This document shows, piece by piece, positions 58,437 to 64,000 of a DNA stretch of 64,000 nt. Made by a program: the position numbers and the translations under genes. A model generated the notes under the pieces. The model worked only from the letters and a program-made list of their open reading frames with translations. It made no database searches and was not told where the DNA came from. The stretch covers positions 557 to 64,556 of the forward strand of contig JBGAGW010000007.1 of the NCBI GenBank assembly GCA_044226545.1, in the 5' to 3' direction. How positions within the stretch are numbered: position 1 is the first letter of the stretch; the number at the start of each line of letters is the position of its first letter. Origin of the DNA: Limisphaerales bacterium. Lineage in GTDB: Bacteria > Verrucomicrobiota > Verrucomicrobiia > Limisphaerales > SXQI01.

Positions 58437-59627
58437 ATGCCTCGCAGTCGATTTAATCGCGGGGTCTTTTTGCTCGAAGGGCTCAACTCGCTGGGCACGA
58501 GCTTCTACTTTAATTACCTGTTCTTCTTCCTGAAGAACGAGTTCGCTTTCACAAATCGCGAGAACCTGCTGGTCGGGGCTCTCAGCGGCCTGATATACGT
58601 TCCGTGCGCGTTGCTGGGTGGAAAATTAGGCCAGAGATACGGCTACCTGGCCACCCTTAAGCTCGGTCTCGGTGTGATGGTGCTTTCCCTCGCAGCCGGT
58701 TCCTTCATGACGACGGTGCAGAGCGTCATCCTTATCATGTGCGTATGGACTGTCGGCATGTGCTTTACCTGGCCGAACCTTGAGGCGCTCGCATGCGATA
58801 AGCAACCCGCGGACCGCCTGCCCGCGACCATCGGTGTTTACAACGTGGTTTGGTCTGGCGCGAGCGCGATCGCATATTTTGGCGGCGGTGCCCTCGCGGA
58901 ACGACTCGGCTGGCGGAGTATCTTCTGGCTGCCCGCGATCATTCATGCGGTTCAGATTGGCGTGGCTTTCAGCATGCGTTCGAATTGGCAGGCGATCCTG
59001 GACACGCCTTTGCCCCGCGCGGTCGACGACGAACATCATCCCGAAGGTCCGCTCTTCCTCAAACTTGCCTGGGTTGCGAACCCGTTCGCTTACATCGCGA
59101 TCAACGGCACCATTCCGCTCATTCCGGATCTCGCTAACCGCTTTCAGCTTTCACCCGCGCTGGCGGGATTTTTCTGCACCATATGGTTTTTTGCTCGTGC
59201 TCTGACTTTCGTCGTGCTCGCGCTCTGGTCGAATTGGCACTACAACTTTCGCTATCTCATCTCTGCGTTTGCCGGAATGCTCGCGGCGGTCGCCGCTATG
59301 CTGCTTCTGGAGAATCTGGTCCTGGTAATTCTGGCGCAGATCGTGTTCGGTTGGTGCATCGGGCTGATCTATTATTCCTCACTCTATTATTCGATGCATG
59401 TGGGCGAAACGAAGGGTGAACACGGCGGTTTCCACGAGGCGGCGATTGGGCTGGGAATTTTCGGAGGGCCCGCCATTGGCGCTGTCTCCTTGTATATTGC
59501 GCCGGGACATCGCCAAAGCAGTGTGATCGGGATGGCCGTGGTGATTAGCGTCGGCTTGCTTACTCTCTTAGTCCTCCGCCAGAAATCGAAGACGACGCGC
59601 GTTATGGTCCCAGAAGCCGTGTCCTGA
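58437..59627 (+). CDS. MFS transporter
   Basis: About 12 hydrophobic segments in two halves, with a GGKLGQRYG loop between TM2 and TM3 (MFS motif A-like). Confidence 0.75.
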   Translation: MPRSRFNRGVFLLEGLNSLGTSFYFNYLFFFLKNEFAFTNRENLLVGALSGLIYVPCALLGGKLGQRYGYLATLKLGLGVMVLSLAAGSFMTTVQSVILIMCVWTVGMCFTWPNLEALACDKQPADRLPATIGVYNVVWSGASAIAYFGGGALAERLGWRSIFWLPAIIHAVQIGVAFSMRSNWQAILDTPLPRAVDDEHHPEGPLFLKLAWVANPFAYIAINGTIPLIPDLANRFQLSPALAGFFCTIWFFARALTFVVLALWSNWHYNFRYLISAFAGMLAAVAAMLLLENLVLVILAQIVFGWCIGLIYYSSLYYSMHVGETKGEHGGFHEAAIGLGIFGGPAIGAVSLYIAPGHRQSSVIGMAVVISVGLLTLLVLRQKSKTTRVMVPEAVS

Positions 59628-61650
59628 AGAACTTCGCTTTCGATCCATCCGCCGGATGCTCGTAAACGAGAGTCCCGCCGCCGGAAAGAATTTCGAGTGA
59701 GGCTACGGGGGTCCACGGGGTGTTCAAATCCAGGGTCTGCTCGAGCGAGAAGCGCTGATCTACCACACCATCGAACAGGAAAAGAGTGCTCGTGCTGGTG
59801 TTGCCGAGAGTCACGAAGTTCACGGGCGAAGCGATTGGCACAAGCTGGTTGCGAATAATCACGCCTTCGAGACCGGACATGATCAGTTGCTGACCGTCGG
59901 TCACGGCGGAGTAAAGCGATTTCGAAGTGATACTGCGCGTGATTGTCCAGGTCGCCAGATCGGTGCTGCTGAGGATCAATCCTGAACTGCCGGCGATCCA
60001 CCAGGTATTCTGCGCGAAAGTCACATCATTCAGCCACTCGGTCGTGCCCGAATTTCGCTTGTTCCATTTTGCGCCATCGTCGCTCGTCAGGATCAGGCCA
60101 TTCTCGCCCACCGCGACAAGCTTTCCGCCGACAAAACGTACCGAGTAGACCCAATCTGTGACGCCCGAGGTTTGCTTCGTCCAGGCGGCGGCGTCCGGAC
60201 TGCGCAAAATCATCCCCGCCGAGCCGGTTAGAATCCAGCCCTGCGGCGAGGTTGTCCCGCTCGAAAGAAAATTTGTTACCCCGGAGCTGCGCGGCTGCCA
60301 CGACATGCCCTCTGAGCTGGTAAGGATTGTGCCTTTAGCTCCGGCGACGACGAATGTGTTCCCGGAAGCAGCCACCGCCTGAAGATCATTCGGAGTAGGG
60401 GAATTGGCCAGTTCCCAGACCACGCCAAAAAGGCTCGTCTGGTTCGTCACCAATTGTCCTGTGCTATTCGTGCTGACGGTGTTCGTTGTAATGTTGGGTC
60501 CGCGCAAAATGATTCCACCCGTCCCTACGGACACCAGCGCGTTCTGGTTGCCGCCAATTCCAAGCAGCACCTGGGGCGTTGCAGCGGTTGGAGTCACTTC
60601 CCGCGACCAGTCCACGCCATTCTCGCTGGTCACGACCGTCCCTCCCTCTCCGCACGCCGTGTAAAAACTGGTCGCCCGCGTGGCGGACCAAAGCCAATTG
60701 CGAGTCGGTTGCGTCTCGCTATACCAGGTCAAGGGTCCAGTCGAGTTGGTCCGGAAGCCTTCCGCCTTCAGGCCAGTTCGCCCGCCGACCAGGAATAATC
60801 TCCCGTCCCAGAGAGCGCTGTAATAGGGCCAAAGCGGCGCCAGAGTTGGGGATGTTGCGTCCGCCTGCTGCGTCCATGATCCAGTCTGCAAATTGCCGAG
60901 AAGCAAAGTGGAATCGCCCGCAATTACGATTTCGTTCGTATTTCCGGCCACGCCGAACAACGTGTTTGTCACGCCGACATTCACTTTGAAAAAGCTGAGT
61001 CGAAAGTTGTTCGTCAACACCGTCCCGCCATCGCCTACGATCCAAAAACGATCGTTGATGAAGGCGACCTTGTTTAAGTGCGCGGTAGTTCCACTGGTTT
61101 GTTTCTTCCAAGTATTTCCGTCGCTGCTCGTGACGACGGTGCCATCTTCTCCCACGGCGACAAACTGATTCAGTCCGAATGCCACGCCGCGCAGCCAGTC
61201 TGTGATGTTCCCCCGCGGCGACCATTTCAACCCGTCGGTGCTGGAATAAATCGCGCCGTTATCTCCAACACTCACTAAGGTGTCCGGAGAGGCTGCGATT
61301 CCTTCGAGCCAATTTAACGTTCCGAGATCGACGAACGTCAGAGCGTCGGGAGATGCACCGCTTAAAACTCCACCTTCTTCGGTGGAGATAAAGGCTTTGC
61401 CTTTGAAGAAAATGAGGCTGCGTAAAGATCGCGTAACCCCGCTCTCATGCGGAAACCAAGTGTCCAAATCGGGACTGGTATAAACCCGGCCGTGATCTCC
61501 GACCTGCCATACGTTCCCGGCGTCATCCAATCCCATATCGAGGATGTTGTTCCCGTGGGGTTGCGGATTGGAAAAGCGCCATGGCGCCGCGACGGTGGAA
61601 AGGGCGAACAGGCAAAAAATGCAAAACGTTCGCAGGCTTCGCATACTCAT
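59602..61650 (-). CDS. Secreted BNR/Asp-box repeat beta-propeller protein (Ycf48-like/GH74-like) with a C-terminal FFRTRL module
   Basis: Signal peptide MSMRSLRTFCIFCLFALSTVAA. At least 7 Asp-box motifs (SSTDGLKWS, TSSDGNTWK, TSENGVDWS, TSSEGMSWQ, RSPDAAAWT, TSDDGAKWN, SSTDLATWT). The ATG overlaps the histidine kinase stop (ATGA). Confidence 0.75.
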   Translation of the reverse strand: MSMRSLRTFCIFCLFALSTVAAPWRFSNPQPHGNNILDMGLDDAGNVWQVGDHGRVYTSPDLDTWFPHESGVTRSLRSLIFFKGKAFISTEEGGVLSGASPDALTFVDLGTLNWLEGIAASPDTLVSVGDNGAIYSSTDGLKWSPRGNITDWLRGVAFGLNQFVAVGEDGTVVTSSDGNTWKKQTSGTTAHLNKVAFINDRFWIVGDGGTVLTNNFRLSFFKVNVGVTNTLFGVAGNTNEIVIAGDSTLLLGNLQTGSWTQQADATSPTLAPLWPYYSALWDGRLFLVGGRTGLKAEGFRTNSTGPLTWYSETQPTRNWLWSATRATSFYTACGEGGTVVTSENGVDWSREVTPTAATPQVLLGIGGNQNALVSVGTGGIILRGPNITTNTVSTNSTGQLVTNQTSLFGVVWELANSPTPNDLQAVAASGNTFVVAGAKGTILTSSEGMSWQPRSSGVTNFLSSGTTSPQGWILTGSAGMILRSPDAAAWTKQTSGVTDWVYSVRFVGGKLVAVGENGLILTSDDGAKWNKRNSGTTEWLNDVTFAQNTWWIAGSSGLILSSTDLATWTITRSITSKSLYSAVTDGQQLIMSGLEGVIIRNQLVPIASPVNFVTLGNTSTSTLFLFDGVVDQRFSLEQTLDLNTPWTPVASLEILSGGGTLVYEHPADGSKAKFFRTRLLGP

Positions 61651-63041
61651 GAAAGCGCAAGGTCCGTAGCGAAGACTCGCTCGGGGATTCGCAATTCGAA
61701 AGTAGTCCCTTCGCGTGAAGTCTGTTTCATCCCCAATTCGGCGCCAAGGTGATTCGCCAGATGTTTGCTGATGGCCAGACCCAGACCTGTGCCGCCGCTC
61801 TTGGTTGATTTGCAGGGGGTGAATAAGGCCTGCTGCACGTGCTGCGGCAAGCCCGGACCGGTATCCGAAACATGGAAAATAGCTCCCGTTTCATTTCGCT
61901 CGGCGTTGACGGTAATCTGCCCGCCTTGCGGCGTGGCCTGGATTGCATTTTGCACGAGATTCGTAAGCACCAGCAGGAGGATGTTGGCATCACGATTCAC
62001 GAGTGCTTCGTCAAATCCGCCGCTTACCACCAATTCCAGACCTGCCTTTTCGGCTTGTGGATCAAGCTTATTGCGCAGCACGTCAAAAAGTTCAGTAACG
62101 GTCAGTTCGTAATGCTCTGACGTTTTCTCCTCCTGAAGGATGCGCACCACTTCAGCGATTAATTTCTGCATGCGTTCCGCTGCATTGGCCGCGTGTTCCC
62201 ATCCCTCCTCGTCTACATTACCTCGGGTTTGGACAAAGCTTTGCAGCCCGAAAAGCGGGTTCTTCAGGTCGTGGATGAGATGAGCAGTAATTGCGCCAAT
62301 TGCAGAGGTTTTCGCCGCCAGCATCAGCTCGTGATTGGCGCGTAAAAGGCTCTGCGTGCGTTCGGCGAGAAGTTGGTGCGTGCGGTTGAGGCGACTGTAA
62401 GCCCAGCCGAGGGAAGCGCTGATGATCGCGCCGGCCACGAGAAAAATGGCAGCCGAGGAGCGCCACAAATCTTTGTCCAACGCGGCCAGGGCCTGGGCCA
62501 CATTATGCCCGTCGAGGACAAACTCGGCGGCGCCCACGAAACTTCCATTCGCTTTCAAGGGAATCAGCGCACGGAGGACGGGGCCTTCGTAGGTATCGAG
62601 TCCGAACTCGCCAATATCCGCGTTCGCGTCGAATAAGCTCAAAGGTTGGAGCTTCTGCATTGCGGCCAATTCTTCCGGAGTGAGTTTTCGTGCCGCGACA
62701 GGAGTGGGGGACATCTGGAAGTGGCCTTCCCGATCGAAGATCCGCAAAGCGAGCGCGCCGCTTTTCGATTGAGTCTCCAACATTTGCTCGGCCAGGGCGG
62801 AAAAACTGAGATCCGGGTCCGACGCCACGTCAGGAGGCAAATCGTCCAGGAGAGTCGGTTGGATGAAGGAGGAAACGTAAAGGGTGATGCCATCCTGCTG
62901 GATGATTTGTTGCCTCATCGCCTGGCGAAGATTCAGGGTGCTGAGCAGGATCGCGCCGGCCAAAATGCAAAGGATCGTGCCAAGTACAAGCCACGGCAGG
63001 TACTTTGACCGTTTTTGCGTGGCGCTAGCAGCCTCGCTCAT
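61647..63041 (-). CDS. Sensor histidine kinase (two TM helices, periplasmic sensor domain, HisKA + HATPase_c)
   Basis: H-box AHLIHDLKNPL, N-box LTNLVQNAIQA, and the G-boxes DTGPGL and GGTGLGLAI. TM segments WLVLGTILCILAGAILL and AAIFLVAGAIISASLGW. Confidence 0.85.
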   Translation of the reverse strand: MSEAASATQKRSKYLPWLVLGTILCILAGAILLSTLNLRQAMRQQIIQQDGITLYVSSFIQPTLLDDLPPDVASDPDLSFSALAEQMLETQSKSGALALRIFDREGHFQMSPTPVAARKLTPEELAAMQKLQPLSLFDANADIGEFGLDTYEGPVLRALIPLKANGSFVGAAEFVLDGHNVAQALAALDKDLWRSSAAIFLVAGAIISASLGWAYSRLNRTHQLLAERTQSLLRANHELMLAAKTSAIGAITAHLIHDLKNPLFGLQSFVQTRGNVDEEGWEHAANAAERMQKLIAEVVRILQEEKTSEHYELTVTELFDVLRNKLDPQAEKAGLELVVSGGFDEALVNRDANILLLVLTNLVQNAIQATPQGGQITVNAERNETGAIFHVSDTGPGLPQHVQQALFTPCKSTKSGGTGLGLAISKHLANHLGAELGMKQTSREGTTFELRIPERVFATDLALS

Positions 63042-63079
63042 ATCATCGTGTGGGAAGTGGACGGTATTCTCTTAACCGA

Positions 63080-64000
63080 TCAAAACTCCCAGTCAACCCC
63101 GCCCATCAACGTATTTGCGTCGTATTCTTCGAGCGGAAAGTTGGAACTCACCGTTCCATACTCATAATCGGCAAAAACCTTGAGCTTCTTCCACACTGTT
63201 TTTTCGAGGTGCAGGCCAGCATCGTATTCCCAGAGTTGCCGGATGGAGGCGCCGCCGGGGACGGGTTGTTTCTGGTAATCGTAATAGAGGATCTTGCCTT
63301 CGATGGTCGCCTGCCAATCTTTCCCGTAATACCCAAACCGGTCGATGATGCGGTACCGGTTGTAGTCGTAGAAACCGACGCCGTTATCTGCGTTCTTGCC
63401 GAAGAGCAGGCGCAAGCGGTTGCGCCAATGCCGCGCCTGGTCGAAGGAGTGATTCACGGTCAGTTCGAAATCGTGCTGATCGAAGCGCAGGAGGTGATCG
63501 GGTATTTCGAACCGCTCCAGGTCCAAAGCATGACGCGTGTCGTAGTAGCGATGGTCATACCGGTAAGAGAGGGAAACGCTCGAACGGTTCCCGTATTTCT
63601 TGGTGTAGGTGAGTTGCGGACCTACTTCCCAGTAGCTGTCGAGAGGGGCGTTGAAAAGCTGCCTTTCGCCGGAAACTTTCAGTTCCAGCTCGCTGTTCCA
63701 GGGCAGTGTCCGCGTAATAATCGGGGCCACTTCGAAATTGTGGCTGATGACCGGGAGTGCGGTGAAGAGTTGTTCGGTGGCGGACGCGTCGTAGACCTGA
63801 TCTGCATATAGATACTGCGCCAGTCCGCCGACCGACCAGTTTCCACCGACCTCCTGCATGATTTTTGCCTGGCTCAAGACGACATCTTCATTGTCGAGGT
63901 CCGGCGCTGAAAAATAACGGCGATCCTCGGCGCTGGCGAAAACTGTGACGGAAGGTCCTCCATCCAGAGGGGCGCGAAAGAGTGAGAAGTCAGCAGCGGT
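63080..64000 (-). CDS. Outer-membrane beta-barrel protein, 5'-truncated by the window end
   Basis: Alternating aromatic/hydrophilic beta-strand pattern and the C-terminal ...GGVDWEF, with the terminal Phe typical of OMPs. I translated the frame upstream of the ORF-track start (63877). It stays open to nt 64000, so the gene continues beyond the window. Confidence 0.6.
   Translation of the reverse strand, partial: TAADFSLFRAPLDGGPSVTVFASAEDRRYFSAPDLDNEDVVLSQAKIMQEVGGNWSVGGLAQYLYADQVYDASATEQLFTALPVISHNFEVAPIITRTLPWNSELELKVSGERQLFNAPLDSYWEVGPQLTYTKKYGNRSSVSLSYRYDHRYYDTRHALDLERFEIPDHLLRFDQHDFELTVNHSFDQARHWRNRLRLLFGKNADNGVGFYDYNRYRIIDRFGYYGKDWQATIEGKILYYDYQKQPVPGGASIRQLWEYDAGLHLEKTVWKKLKVFADYEYGTVSSNFPLEEYDANTLMGGVDWEF

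Noticed and set aside
17106-61650. PEP-CTERM-type sorting signals that would match the exosortase at 54209-55150.
   Set aside because: I checked the C-termini of all predicted secreted proteins in the window: the 800-aa protein, the giant, M28, S8, BNR, the prenyltransferase-repeat protein, the lipoprotein and the 474-aa protein. None ends with a PEP-like motif followed by a hydrophobic helix and a basic cluster.
1-64000. CRISPR arrays, tRNA/rRNA genes, transposases, integrases and prophage genes.
   Set aside because: I found no spaced direct repeats, cloverleaf-like segments or recombinase motifs (DDE, tyrosine or serine recombinase) in the intergenic regions or the ORF translations. This was a visual scan only. 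tRNAscan-SE, Infernal and ISEScan would be needed for certainty.

Overview
GC-rich bacterial chromosomal window, about 90% coding. I call 49 protein-coding genes. I recognised no rRNA, tRNA, CRISPR array, transposase or integrase by eye. The gene content points to a PVC-group, Verrucomicrobiota-like organism. That content includes a Ser/Thr kinase with WD40 repeats next to an ECF sigma factor, giant secreted beta-helix/LVIVD/Ig-like proteins, an exosortase, a GH57 branching enzyme with a DUF4912 partner, HprK/HPr without PTS permeases, and two-subunit KorAB. Confident housekeeping genes are recG, gatA, ppa, korAB, ugd, maf, purE, purK, purB, ptsH, hprK and modABC.

The observations most worth follow-up are:
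1. A 60-70 aa terminal module ending in RFYR[VL] recurs in four secreted proteins. It is C-terminal in three of them and sits directly after the signal peptide in the 2,404-aa giant.
2. A tightly packed SDR, exosortase and standalone CoaB-like ligase trio has no PEP-CTERM substrate visible in the window.
3. An ECF sigma factor is paired with a zinc-ribbon/kinase/TM/WD40 protein instead of an anti-sigma factor.
4. A sugar ABC binding protein and ATPase have no permease gene, and the ATPase gene overlaps an HDOD signalling gene by 4 nt.
5. An outer-membrane barrel, a sensor kinase and a BNR beta-propeller protein form a likely operon with no response regulator.

All functional calls come from reading motifs in the supplied translations. 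No database search was run. Start codons were refined by hand where homology or a signal peptide indicated an internal start.
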